DNA of 64,000 nucleotides from Stegostoma tigrinum (Eukaryota), in NCBI RefSeq assembly GCF_030684315.1, contig NC_081360.1, forward strand, positions 15,895,210-15,959,209. The letters are read 5' to 3'. The position numbers and the translations under genes were made by a program. Of this stretch, positions 11,830 through 24,734 are shown piece after piece. Every line of letters starts with the position of its first letter. Positions within the stretch are counted from its first letter, which is position 1. Under the pieces are notes generated by a model that did not search any database, was not told the origin of the DNA, and saw only the letters and a program-made list of their open reading frames with translations.

Positions 11830-13215
11830 TCAATGGCTTTATTTGTTAAATCATTGAAAAGTTGCTGGTGCATTTTTCATTCCAAATGACATAATTCTAC
11901 ATTGAGAATATCCATCTGGTGTTAGAAAAGCTGATTTTTCTTTGGCTTGATCAGTCAGTGGATCTTGTCAGTATTCTTTAATAAGTCAATTCTTGTAAAA
12001 AATTGTGGTTCTCAACTTCTCTCAGTACAATCTTCCAATCATGGAATTGTAAATGAATCTTTTATTCCAAGTTCACTTTGCAATAGTGAGTAAACTAAAT
12101 AATCTCTAATACTTAGGTGATCATTGGAATTTCATGAACCACTCGTAAAATTTCTTCTTGTATGACTCCCATCTCTTCCTGTATAACTCAATGAGCCTGA
12201 GATCTAGTCACAACACAGTCATGGAACAGCCCAAGATGTTATTCCAACAGTTTCTCAGTTCCCTTTATGTCTACTGGTTGTTCCATTACATTCAGTGAGG
12301 CCAATAGGCGTTTGTTGTCCAGTTCGAACTACATCTTCACCATTTTCTAAACCAGTCTTCAAATCCAATGCTGTATAATGGCACCATTTTGTGTCATCTC
12401 CATGTATATATTCAATTAATACCTTTTTTCCTTCAATAATCCTCTGGAAGACAAATGGTAACCTCAGCCAGTATTAATGACTGTCATTCTCCACTATCTC
12501 TCAATATTCTTTATTGATTTACCTCCTTGATGAATAAGGAACTATCTCTAATTTTTATTTAAAAAATCAGAACTGAAGTGGTCTGATTCTCAAAAGTTAA
12601 AGACTTTTGTGTACTGTCCCGAGTCATCTCTCCCTCCCCAGTTGGGTTAGGGTTAGGTCCCAAGGAAATATACCCTACTTTTGCTCTAGCTACAGTTTTA
12701 ATGCCCATTTCCTTTCTTGATGCACTCTTTTCCAAACACTCCTTAGGCATTCCTATTATTGCAACAATTCTTCCATTGCACTTCAAGCAACTGCTTTAGT
12801 ATGCTCAGTCTCATTACAATGAAAGGATGTCATATTTTAAATCTCTTTTCAGCTCTAACCTTTCTCGTTTATAATTTTAGAATTTTTCTGTTTGCTTCCT
12901 TGGCGATACGAATGTTGAACATTCATCTTAATCATCCCTAAAAAATCATGCTTTTCTTTCCACTTTCAACTCACCTGCTCAATTTTTCAGTTTAGCTTTA
13001 GCCAAAGATATCAAATAATCCACTGTTGTTCTGCCTTTCACCTCCAGAAACATTTTAGCAATATCCACAGCCATTTTGAAATTCCAATCTGCGTGATATA
13101 CTTTAAAATAGCATTCCTCCTTTATGTCCAGTACCTTCATGCGCTAATTTCTTTACGAGAGACACAGATCTCTCTCAAATTTTGTGAAGTCCTATCTTAC
13201 TAAAGTCTCCCACTT
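11830..13215 (-). mobile_element. Decayed Gypsy (Gmr1-like) internal region: gag, Zn-knuckle and RT remnants
   Basis: - strand reads MAVDIAKMFLEV (gag start), FHCNETEHTKAV (CCHC remnant) and DSFTIP*LEDC...AFLTPDGYSQCRIMSFGMKNAPATFQ (Gypsy RT). Confidence 0.75.
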
Positions 13216-14056
13216 TGTTATGATTCCAACCAATGCTAATCCTGGACAAGTCAAACCCCAGAATGAAAACTGGCTTGATGGATCATAATTTTTTTTCACT
13301 TGTTTACCCTGGTGATTGGTCATTGAACATATTCATTATGAGGCTGCCAGTATTCTTTAACAACTTCATTACACAAAAGAAAAACAAAAAATAAGCTGTA
13401 TTATAGGAATATATGTATGTAAGTCAATTTGAAAAGATCTTAAACAACTATAACAAAGATTCAACCCTTTATTCCATCATTATCTTTTTCATATACTCAA
13501 TTCCAGAGAAATGTCATTCCTATCTCAATTCTCTAATTTCTTATTAATTGATTGTTTCCATTTCTCTTTGGAACGCTGAGATGATTTACGACACATTTCT
13601 AGTTTAGATGCCTGATGCCTGAATTTCCATTCTGACAACTTGAAAATGTCTATTCAAGCTCTTGCAACCTGGAGCCTTCACAAAATAAAAATGTTCTGCT
13701 AGGGTGAAACTACTCCCTTGATCTAAGTTCTTCTGCTAGGATGAAAATCAGCTCCTAAGATGAAATCTTCATTCTTCTGAACTGAACTCAAACTGAAATA
13801 ATTGCCCCTGGTCTGTTTTCTCTACAAGTCATAAATGTTCGTCTTGTTAAAATCTTTATCAGTAACCCCATTGTACTCTGCTAGGCATTTGACTGAAATG
13901 CATGCTTCCTTGCAAATGATATATTTATGTTAATATTCCAAATATCTTTCTGACCGCTTGAAAATTGCCTTTGCAAAACTGAAAACAAATATTTCTATTT
14001 TAAAATTCCAAATTCCCAAATTATGAATATATACATCTTACATCTTTATCGTAACA
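13216..14056 (-). mobile_element. 5' LTR of the Gypsy remnant
   Basis: TGTT...AACA termini, adjacent degenerate PBS-like aagtgggagact, directly upstream of gag on the - strand. Confidence 0.65.
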
Positions 14057-14339
14057 CAGTAGATGCTATTCATTGTGAATAATTAGGAAGTAACATACTT
14101 AGGGAGAGTGTGAGAGACATTCCCACACAGAATGTTAAAAATGGTTGTAAATTGATGCGGGTGAGGAAACAGAACGACTGAGAGCTGCACGCTCAAAAAT
14201 CTTTGAAGGTGGCAAGGTGAGTTGATGAGATGGTGACGGTAGCGTTTAGAATACCTGGCTTTTTTTGGGGAACAAAGCATGGAGGTAAGGCTAAGCCTTT
14301 CCAAATCTCAGGTTACTTCTCAGCTGGGAAAAACCATCA

Positions 14340-14900
14340 TTATGTAACTCTCTCACTCACATTCTCTCTCTACCTCTCTCACATGTTCATCCTCACTGTA
14401 TCTCTCCTGCATACTTCTTCACAATGTCTCTCTCTGTCACTTCATTTACTTTCTCTCTCTCTCACTCTCTCTCATCCTCACTATATCCCTGTGTGTCTAT
14501 CACTCACTCCCTCACTAGTTCTGACTTCCTTTCTCAATCAACTCCCTCACTATTTCTCTATCTTTCCCTTTCACTCAGTCCCACTCTCTTTCAATCATCC
14601 TCTTTCTCTGAATCATACTCTCACAATCTCTCTCTCCCCCTCACTACTTTTCTTTCTCACCTCCTCACTGCTTAGCCACCTCAATTCCTTACCAACTCAT
14701 CCTTAGCTCTGTAATACCTCATCTCCTCAGTCCCCACCTCTTCACCCTTCTCTCCCACACTCACCACTTCACTGTGCCTCTGACTGTTCCTCACTCAATC
14801 CCTCACTATTTCTCTTTCTTTCACATCCCCTTACCCCATAGTTAGCTCCTGACTCTGCCACCCCTCTTCCCCTCACACACTCACTCTTTCCCTCAGATAC
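14340..14900. repeat. CT-rich low-complexity tract
   Basis: Degenerate (CT)n/(CTCA)n sequence. Confidence 0.9.
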
Positions 14901-14959
14901 AAACTTGGGAGGCTAGCCCTATCATCTTGATGGTCTCTGTGGGAAGGAGTAGAATTCAT

Positions 14960-15095
14960 CTTCTGAAGAAGGGTCACTGGGCCTGAAATGTTAACTCAGT
15001 TTCTCTCTCCCTGGATAATGCTAGACCTGCTGAGTTTCTCCAGCAATTTCTGCTTTTGTTTCTGATGGCCAGCATCTGCAGTTTTTTTTTTGTTT
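14960..15095 (+). mobile_element. Solo Penelope-type pLTR fragment with degenerate hammerhead
   Basis: ctgaagaagggtcactgggcctgaaatgtt..agacctgctgagtttctccagcaatttctg..gcatctgcag. Confidence 0.6.
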
Positions 15096-15433
15096 TGTCA
15101 ACTTATCTGCCTTAGTTTCCAGCATTCTGCCTCCTGATTTTCTAAAACAGAATTGCATTTGCTACTTTCCAGTCTGTTGGGACCTTTCTAGCATCCAGGG
15201 CACTTCATTATATTATAACCAATGCATCTACTATCTCAGCAGCCACTTCTTTCGTAGCTGCAAGCTCATCAGGACAAGGGAACTTGTCAGACTTTAGCTC
15301 AAATTTGTTTACCAGTATCCCCCTATCTGTTGTGCCTTTAATTAAGTTTCCACCCCAGTAGGCAGCAAGAACTCATTGAATATACATGCAGCAGTACAAA
15401 CAACAACTGTGACTTATTTCCTTTTCATTGCAG

Positions 15434-15550
15434 AAAAACAGGAAATCACACGGGAGCTTGGAGTTGCCGCTGGATGAATATTTACACTCAAATAGAAGTT
15501 CATTAAGTGATATAGATGATGAATTCCTCATGTCACTGACATCTTATAAG
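15434..15550 (+). CDS. Putative exon (117 nt, phase 0-0): KNRKSHGSLELPLDEYLHSNRSSLSDIDDEFLMSLTSYK
   Basis: tttccttttcattgcAG acceptor, AAG|GTAATT donor, open frame. Confidence 0.75.
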
Positions 15551-16204
15551 GTAATTAAAGAACTTCTCAAAGCTGAGGTGCACTCCACGCCAGCAACAAC
15601 AAGAGAAAGACAGAAAGGAAGGTGTCAGTGATGTGTATTAAAGGCTGGAGGCTGGCGATCGTGCTTTGACAGAGCCCATGGGCTTACTTATACGCAATGT
15701 GTTCCGTTTGGGAGTTGTTCCTGGACAGGAGGAGAGATCAGCCCAATTCCATCTCCCCCAGCACCCAGAGTAACTTGGCACAAAGGGTCAAAGGCCTGGA
15801 GAAGGAAGCTTTCCTTCCATTGAGTACAAATTGTGGGTGAGAGGGAAGGGTGTTTATGTCCTCCAGCCATATCTGTCCCGTGATGAGTCATGGCTCCTTA
15901 ATTCCTGAGTTCAAAACATTGATGCAAGTGATGGACTGTGGTTCCAATACTGACTCAGGGTGACCTCCATGTGACTCCAGACCAGCAGCAATGTGGTTGC
16001 ACTTTAACTATGAGCCCTTACTCCACTCAGTTGGATAGGAGTGGGCAAGAAATACTGGCCTTGTCAGTGATACCAAAATCTCCTGAATAAACTAAGTCAA
16101 GTAACTGATAACATTAACCAGAGAAAGGATGACTGACAGGAAGGCAGTGAATAATCAAGTCTAGAAACCAGCAAACTGGGCACGAGGTGCAGATGACACA
16201 TGTT

Positions 16205-17285
16205 TGTTGTAATTCATGGGATGTGAGTGTCACAGGCCAGGGCAGCATTTATTGCCCAGCGCTAGTTGCCCTTGAGAAGGAATTGGTGAGCTGCCTTCTT
16301 GAACCACAGTAGTCCGTGTGCTATAGGTAGACCCTCATTGCTGTTAGTTCTAGGATTTTGATCAGTGACACTGAAGGAATGTAGATATGCTTCCAAGTCA
16401 GGATCAATACAGGTTGGAGGAAACTTGCAGGTAACGGTGTTCCCTTCCATTTGTTACCTTTTTTGTTCTAAATGCTAGGGTGGTCAGGGTTTGGAAGTTG
16501 CTATCGAAAGAACCTTCTGAAGTGTGTATTTTAAACAGTATATGGTGCTGCTACCCTCGAACCATGCTTGTGGTGCCAATCAAGCATCCTGCTTTGTCCT
16601 GGGTGGTGTCAAGCTTCTTAAGTGTTTTTGGAGCTGCACCCATCCAGGCAATTGAGTAGTATTCCATCACATTCCTGACCTGTGCCTCATAGATGGCAGA
16701 TAGGCTTTGGGGAGACAGATGATGAGCTACAAAGAAGCATAGGAATTAGGGCCAGGAGTAAGCCATTAATCCATTCAAACCTCCTCCACTATTATTATGA
16801 TCATCCAACCCAATAACCTGTTCCCTCTTTTCCCAATATCCTTTGGTTGCTGCAAGATTCCTAGCCTCTATAACCTGCTCTTGTAGCCATTGTATTACTG
16901 TATTATGTGGCTAATGCAGTTCAGCTTCTGGATAATGGTTACGAATATAGATGGGGATTCAGTGATAGCAATGTCAGGGGAGACATTTAGATTCTGTCTT
17001 ATTGGTCATTGCTTGGCACAGTTGTCATTTGCCACTCCCCAGCCCAAACATGGATAATGTCCAGATCTTGCTGCATTTGAGCGTGAAGTGCTTAAGTATC
17101 TGAGGGATCATGAATGGTGCTAAACATTGCACAATCATCAGTCAACATCCCAACTTGTGGCCTCATAATGGAGGGGAAGTCATTTGTAAAGCAGCTGAAG
17201 ATGTTTGGGCCTAGGACACTACCTTGAGGAACTCCTGCAGAGATGTCCTGGAGCTGAGATGACTGACCTCCAACAGCTGCAAGGC
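16205..17285 (-). mobile_element. CR1/L2-group LINE (family 2), decayed, with a nested CR1 tail at about 16731-16845
   Basis: GVPQGSVLGPNIFSCFTND...GMLTDDCAMFSTIHD RT motifs; 3' tail at the left end. Confidence 0.85.
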
Positions 17286-17700
17286 AGTGAGTATTAATCA
17301 TGCTACTTAATCATGGTGCAGAATTTGTGTTAACAAAGTTGCTTCTCTCCTTTTTGTCTTAGTTTCTTCAGAAATCCTTTTGTCCCTTGAAGTAAAATTG
17401 TGCCCCAACAATTGCTTCTAACCTTTAACAAAGCCAAACTGTTTAATTTCCTCAGAGACTCATATGACCATATTTATCAAAAGTTTAGTTGGCGAACTTC
17501 TTGGACTCACTACTAATGACCTCTTTTCCACTTACTACTTTGCTAATTGCTGATGTTGGATCATCTCTTAGCTTTTTGCCATCCAGGACTGACATTAAAA
17601 TGTCAACCAGACTAGCCCCGGTCCCAAACAGCATCAACACTTCCTGAGAAAAGCCACTTCTACCTAATCTTTGCTGAAATCTTTCTGCTTCTGAATACAG

Positions 17701-17898
17701 AAACCAAAAGCAATGTCCAACTCCAAATCAGATGCAAAGAAAGACAAGCATGGTGAAGGAAGAGATGTGAGTTCAAAAAGTGAAGAATGGCCTGATCAAG
17801 GGGTAGAAATTGCCATTTCATATGTTAGGGATTTGGTTCACTCACATCAGCCCACATCTACGGAAACAAGTGAAGGAGAGAGCGAGCAGCTGGAAGGG
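17701..17898 (+). CDS. Putative exon (198 nt, phase 0-0): KPKAMSNSKSDAKKDKHGEG...TETSEGESEQLEG
   Basis: ctttctgcttctgaatacAG acceptor, consensus GGG|GTAAGT donor, 66 open codons. Confidence 0.75.
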
Positions 17899-18004
17899 GT
17901 AAGTGATTTGTATTAAAAATTAAAGGTTTGTGACAAAACTGTAGTATATATTTGTATATATGCAGCTTGAAGTACCACAGTAACCACAAGTTTGTCAGAA
18001 AGGC

Positions 18005-20262
18005 ATGGAGATAAGGGTAGAAGGTTTTAATCTACATATAAACTGGAAAAGTCAGATGGACAAAGGTAGCCTGTACAAATAATTCATTGAACGTTTTCAA
18101 GATAGCTTCTTCGAGCAGCATTTTCTGGAGCTGACCAAAGAGAAGTCTATTCTGGCCCTGGTGTTGTGCAACAAAATGGGATTAATTAATGATCTCCTAG
18201 TGAAGGCATCCCTAGATTGGCAGCAATCATAATGTGATTGAATTTTAAAGCCCATCTGAAAGAAGAAGGAATGGTCCAGAGACTTATTAAATATTCAAAT
18301 AAGGGCAGTTAGGAGGGCATGAAAGCAAGGATGGCTAAAGTGAATTGACAAATTATGTTGCAGGATATAACAATAGAGATGTAGTGGCAGACATATATCA
18401 GGATACACTGAATAGATACTTTCCAAACAATAAGAAAAATACCAAGGAATGGACTGAATATTTTAAAAAAGCAAAGAATGACTAAAACGTTTAAAAAGGA
18501 GAAAAATTACGATACAAGAGAAAGCTAGACAGAAATGCCATAACAGATATTAAGAGCTTCTAACTTTTTTTAAAGCTGTAGCAAACTGAATACAAATTCT
18601 GTGGAAAATGGATCTGGTTAATTGGTAGTGGAAAATAAAGAGATGGCAGATGAATAGAAAAGGCATTTCTGTTAGGCTTCTATGACAGAGGTCACAAGTA
18701 AATCTGAGAAGCATCTATAAATTAGAGAATGGAAAGAAAGGAGGAACTCAAGAAAATTTTGATTGCCAGAAATATTGGAGGTGCGAGGTAACAAATGCTG
18801 GATCTTGATAGAGTGCATTCCAGAGTTATGAAAGAAGTGGCCAGTAAGCTAGTTGATATGTTAGTTTAATTTTTCAAACTGCCTTGATACAGGAAACATT
18901 CTACTTTATTGAACAATAGCAAATGTAATTATTTTATTCAAAAAGAGAGGGAGACAGAAACAAGAAATCTGCAGGTCAGTTAGTGTCTGTCACAGGGAAA
19001 ATGTTTGATGCTATTAATAACAAAGTTATAGCAAGCATATGATAAAGCCCGAAATAATCAAGCAGAATCAATATGATTTTGTGAAAGAAAAATCATGCTT
19101 AACTTGAGGGAGTAACATACGCTGTCGATAAAGGAGAATCAATGATGTATTGTACTGTACTTAGGTTACCAGTAGGTATTTGAGTGCCACATCAATGGTC
19201 AAAGAAAAGGAAAGCTCACAACGTACAGACTACATATTGGAATGGATAAAAGTTGGCTGGGCTTACAGAAGATAGAGAAGAGGCATAACTGGGTAATTTT
19301 CTGTTAGGCGAGATGTAAAGAGTATTATGTCACAGGGATTAATGTTAGAATCTGAACTGTTCACAATTCACGTAAATGACTTGGATAAACAGATGGAAGG
19401 GATGGCTGCTAAATTTGCTGATGTGGAAAGATCGGTAGGAAAGCGAGGAGGATGTAAGGAGGCTACAAAAAAATACAGACAGGTGAAGTGAGTAGACAAA
19501 ATCCTGGCAAATGGAGCATAATGTGAAATTACCCATTTTGCCTTGAAAAATATAAAAAAACAAAGTTGTCCAAATGCTGAGAGATTGCAGAGCTTTGACA
19601 TACAGAGGAATCTGGGTGTCTTAGTGTATGAATCACAAAAGTTTGTATGCAGGAAGCAAGTAATTGGGAAAGCTAAGAAAATGTTTTTGTTTGTGCAAAA
19701 GGAATGAAACACAAATGTAAAGAGGGTATGCTTCTGGTATACAGGATATTGTTGAGATCACTTATGGACTGTTTTGTACAGTGGTGGTTGCTGTAATCAA
19801 GGAAGGAGTATACCTGGAAAGAGAATGTTAACTTATGAGGAAAGGTGGATGCTTTAGACTTCTAACTGCTGGTTTGAAGAATAAAAGGCAACAAGATTGT
19901 AACATATAAAATCCTAAGGGGCTTGTCAGATTGTCTGAGGAGGATGATGTTTCCTCTTAGGGGAGAATGAAGAAAAACGGGGTCATTGCTTAACATAAGG
20001 GGTTGCCCACTTAAACCATAGAGGAGATGAATTTTGTTTCCCTGGGGGTCATGAGTCTTTGGAACTATCTTCCTGAAAAGCTGCTGGAAGCTAAACCCTT
20101 GAAAGCAGAACTGGATAGATTCTTGTAAGCAAAGGGTTGTTAGATCAGTGGGTAAGCCAAAATGTGGACTTCTACAATCGGATTAGCTATGATCTCATTA
20201 AATGCTGGAGCAAGCTTGAGAAATTACTTCCTTGCTACTCCTTGTTTGCATGTTCAAATGTT
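18005..20262 (+). mobile_element. Long decayed CR1 LINE (EN to 3' UTR)
   Basis: GFNLHINW, ILALVLCN, AKFAD and RNLGVLVYESQK remnants plus a CR1-type 3' tail. Confidence 0.85.
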
Positions 20263-20654
20263 AATGCAGCTAGGTGTGATTTTAGATTTTTCTTTTCTCC
20301 CTCAGAAAAATCTCATTTATTCACAGCAGATTAAATTTTATTAGTTTCATTTGTCCATCATCAGTAATCAGGTCACACTATCCACTAGATAAACCTCCGT
20401 TTAATTTTTGCAAGAAATCTAATGAACTAATTCACAAAAGGTTCACATGTTCATAGTTAATATTCATTACCTAGTAACTAATAAATAATCTGCTTGGCAC
20501 ATGTGATAAAGGCTCAGTATCATAGCTTTTTATTCTGTGACCTATTAATGTGATTTCAGTCTCAAGGGTCTGCCTCGTTCAGTGTCAGAGACAGAGTTGA
20601 GGAAGAGAAAAATGTACAGAGCAATGCTGAATATAATCAGATCTTTTTATTTAG

Positions 20655-20780
20655 CATGATTCAGAGGTATCATTAAACGTGGATTCAAAACTGCCTTCAG
20701 AATCATCAGCTTCAAGTTTGGAGAATGGCTTGGAGAAAAACAAAATAGCTCATGCGTCCGCATCATTTGGAACCAATGAG
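20655..20780 (+). CDS. Putative exon (126 nt, phase 0-0): HDSEVSLNVDSKLPSESSASSLENGLEKNKIAHASASFGTNE
   Basis: atctttttatttAG acceptor, GAG|GTAATC donor, open frame. Confidence 0.6.
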
Positions 20781-21989
20781 GTAATCACTTAATGATTCTA
20801 AACTGGGGCCATAGCCTGATGGAGGTCCAGCATGAAGACCATAACTGGCAGGAAGAGATCAGTGATCTAGTCTGTATTAGTAACTGTGGGCTCCATTTAG
20901 ATGTGACATGATTTTGTGAGCACATAGTGCACTGAGTTGATTCGTATCCTGGTTTTGAGGAATTTCCTTTTTTTTTGTTTGGTAAAGTTTGATCTATTCA
21001 AGGTGTCTCAGCCTGATTGTCACCAGTGTTGAATAGATGAGAGACCTGGGCATCAGATAAACCCCTCTTCCCCCCACCTTCCCACCTGAAATGGGTAACA
21101 GAGGGGCTCACGCACACACTGTGTAAGTAATTGTCTCAGGCCATATAAGTATCACAGATGAGGCAGGCAGATGACTCTACCTGAGCTGCTGTTTGCTGGC
21201 AAACCTCATGGAGGAAACCTGATTGTGAGTATCCATGAAGCCCCCTTACAGATAGCCAACGCCAGCTCAGGGCAGGCATAACTATGTGAGATTAGGAATC
21301 GAGTAGACATGATGTAGTGGTTCCTTTCCCAGACAGTGGTCAACCTCACAAATACTTTGCCAGCTTGTAGACCAAATGCTCACTATCTCACCAACCAGGA
21401 GGATTAGGGAGCAAGGGATTTGGGAAGCAAGATTGGAGGCGAGCAGGAGGTGCTGTAACATACATTTTTCTTTCCTGTTATTAAATTTATTTTGTACGTT
21501 ATTTTGTTACTAATGTAGGAAGTTAGCAATGTAAAACATGTCATCTTTCAGTGTATAATGTTTTAATGGGCTGTATTTTACCAAAAAACTGGCTAAGTGT
21601 CAGTTTCATGGAGGGTTTTGCTCTGGTTTTGCTGGGGCCTCCAACATCAGCACCATCTTTAAAGCTCTGCCATGGGCCAGGAAAATGCTGCCCCTCCCCC
21701 AGGAGATGCCCTTTACAGAGTTCATAGATGGAGGGGAATGGAAATGAAATGCTTCTCAGGACACATATGTGGTTCAGGTAACACTTCATTTTCAGTACAA
21801 GTTTATGTTCATGAAACTATTGCTACTTCACATCGCCACCATCCCGACTGAGATCGTAACTTCAGCTTAAAAGAGAGGTCACACATTCTTAGTGCCATAC
21901 TTTCTTAGAACCCTGTTGTAGGGACTGCTATTCTTTCCCCAGTGTCCAGCATAACATACCATCTTCTCACTGCTCAATGTGGGGCCATC

Positions 21990-22215
21990 ATGTACTTGAA
22001 AGACTTCAAAAGGTTGAAGACATTAACTTTGACCCAACAGCACAGGAATCTGAAGCTGAGGCGACTGACCTCTAACAGCCACACAATCTTTTTCTGTGTG
22101 AGGTGTGACTCCAACTATTGGACAGATTTCTCTCTGACTCCCATTGACTCCACTTTTGCTAGAGGTCCTGGATACCTCGCACTGTCAAATGCAACAACTT
22201 TCATGTCATCAGTGG
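21990..22215 (-). mobile_element. CR1/L2-group LINE (family 2) fragment
   Basis: Homologous to 25600-25830 (tgacctctaacagccacacaatc..aggtgtgactccaac). Confidence 0.6.
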
Positions 22216-23095
22216 TAGGAATTCAATTGGAGAAGATTCTGAGGGCGAAAATTAATCTTCACTTGGAGACATTCGGTTTGATCAGGAATAGTCAATGTGG
22301 CTTTGAAGTCACGCCTAACAAATTTGATTGAACTTCTTAAGGATGTAACTAAGTATACAGATGAAAGCAGTGCAGTTGATGTAGTTTTTATGGGTATTTT
22401 TCCCACGTGGGAAACAGATAAATAAGATCTAAGGTAGCTTGGCAAGCTGCATCCAAATTGTCTTAGTGATAGGAGACAGAGGGTAGTTAATAGAAGGCTG
22501 TTTGGGTAGCTGGAGCTCATTGTGCAGTGGCATACCACAGGGATCACTGCTCAGACGCTCATTGTGATACAATATAAATATATATAAACGATATAGATGA
22601 GCAAGTGGGAGGTATGATAGGCAAGTATGCAGATAACACAAGGATTAGCCGGGTGGTTGACAGTGAGGAAGATGGTCTTATGTTACAGGAGGATATACAT
22701 CAATTCTTCAAATGGGAAGATCAGTGGCAGATGGAGTTTCACCCTGACAAGTGTGAGGTGATGCACTTTGAAACAAGCAACAAGACAAAGGAGTACTCAA
22801 TGAATAACATTAGGAAGCTCACAGGAATCAAGGGAACTTGGGGCACTTGTCCACAGATCCCAGAAGGTGGCAGGACAGATAAATAGGACATTTAAAAAGG
22901 CAAACGGATACTTTCCTCTATTTGTTTTGACATAGATTATAAAATCAGGGAGATTATGTTGGAGCTGTAGAACATTTTGGTTTGGCCACAGCTGAAATAT
23001 TGTGTGTGGTCTCGTCACCAAATATACGAAGGATGTGATTGCACTGGAGGGAGAACAGAGTAGATTCACCAGGATGTTGCCTAGGCTGAAGGCGA
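22216..23095 (+). mobile_element. CR1 LINE RT fragment
   Basis: GGMIGKYADNTRISRVVDSEED..LQEDI..WEDQWQMEFHPDKCEVMHF. Confidence 0.88.
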
Positions 23096-24734
23096 CTGGG
23101 TCTCTGGACCCGCAGGATTGACTGTGACCCATTTCTCAGACTGTAGTGATATACTTCCTCTGATTTTAGATGCCCAAAGTGATTAACTGATCATGTTCGA
23201 GCCCCCAAACAGATGTCAGATGCTGTCCTTGGCTTACTGAGCCAGGGGCCCATGAGGGAAGTCTGTCTTCCTTGGTCCAATTGAGGATGACTCACCTTGG
23301 ATCTTGAGACATGACCATGTGGTTGAAATACATGGCACATTTACTGTTGGCATGTGGTGCAGACATATCATTGATGTAGCATGGCGCTGTACAGCAACAT
23401 AGCCATTTCCTTGACCAATCACTGCTGAAAATAGTGACAAATTACCTGTCTTTATGTCTATGCTAAGGAAAGTCAGAAGCACTGTCAGCTTTTCAGCTCT
23501 GGCCGAAGGGTTGAAAAACTAAAAGGGAAGGCAGAGTTTCTGTGAGTAGGTGCACGGCAATTGAATGTGTGGACAGCAAGCAAGAATCTGCAGACTGGTT
23601 GGATCAATGACCTGGCTGCTTGTCTCTGTATACAAAATGTATCAGTAGCAGCCTCACAATGATAGCTGCCAGTGTACTCCAAAGTGCAGAACGATATTAT
23701 AAATGGGTCAGAGAAGTGCCATGCGGTTGTGGTGGGACAGGCACATGCCCAATGCCAACCTCCATGGACATTGGTGACTGCTGTCCAAGGTGGAGACCTG
23801 GAGGAGCAAGCATGGAGCTGGATCTGCCAGGTACCTGCTCTGGTTTTCAAGGTGGGAGTGGTCACAGGCTAGTTTGTACGCACCACATGGGAAAATAAGA
23901 AACAGCACATTCATGAACTGGGATTAGGTATTCATTTTGTGCTAACGAATGCAAATAGACCTCTCACTGCCCACCAGTGAGATCTCACCTCCTTGTTTAA
24001 AACTAGGTTGGGAGGTCAGACTTCCTTTTTCTCCAAATTGAGACACTCGATTCTGCTGATCTTGACATATTTTCGCAGTTGACTTGCCAGTGTACATGGT
24101 CATCCAAGGACTGGGAAGGTTCTGCCCTACATTTCACTTAAAGTCACAATTTTCAGGAACACAAAACAACTTTAAGTGAGGACTTACTACAATCACCAAT
24201 AGGACCTTCTGAGTTCAGCTGCCAAGGGTGCCTTGATGATCAGAAGGAAGCTCACTAGATCTTGTGTCCATCAGGCACTTGAGTGGATGGTTAGGGAGAA
24301 AGTTAACTGCTTTTGGGGAGTTGAGAGATATTCAAACAGGGGTAGGGGGAGAATTGATGCAGTTGTCCACAGCTAGCCCCAAGCCCATGCTCTCAATTAT
24401 TCAGAAATCATTGTAGATAACTACTCCCCACCAAAAAAACAGGCAGCCCACGCAGGTTTATTCAAGGGGTGGGTGGACTGGAATTTGTTTTTTGGCAAAT
24501 CAACCTGTTTGGACATATTATGATGCGCTTCTATGTTCATCATATCTTGAAGTAGAGCTTGTACCTTTTGGCCCAGAGGTAGGATCACCAATAGTATGCC
24601 AGAAAGCACCTTGTGTGAGGTGCCTGTTATTTGTCCTGCCTGATGCTGAAGCAATTGCAACTCTGGTGGGAATATGCCCTTGAGATGTTCTTAAAAGATC
24701 ATTTGTTGGCCACTGGATGGTCTTAAGTGTAGGT

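Noticed and set aside
14230-14706. 158-aa Leu/Ser-rich ORF resembling a membrane protein
   Set aside because: Arises from the CT-rich low-complexity tract
20306-20345. Strong acceptor ttttctccctcAG
   Set aside because: Frame 0 stops after 12 codons and there is no convincing donor
21100-24130. Possible additional Harbinger-derived remnants (about 21100-21700 and 23200-24130)
   Set aside because: Similarity too faint to delimit by eye
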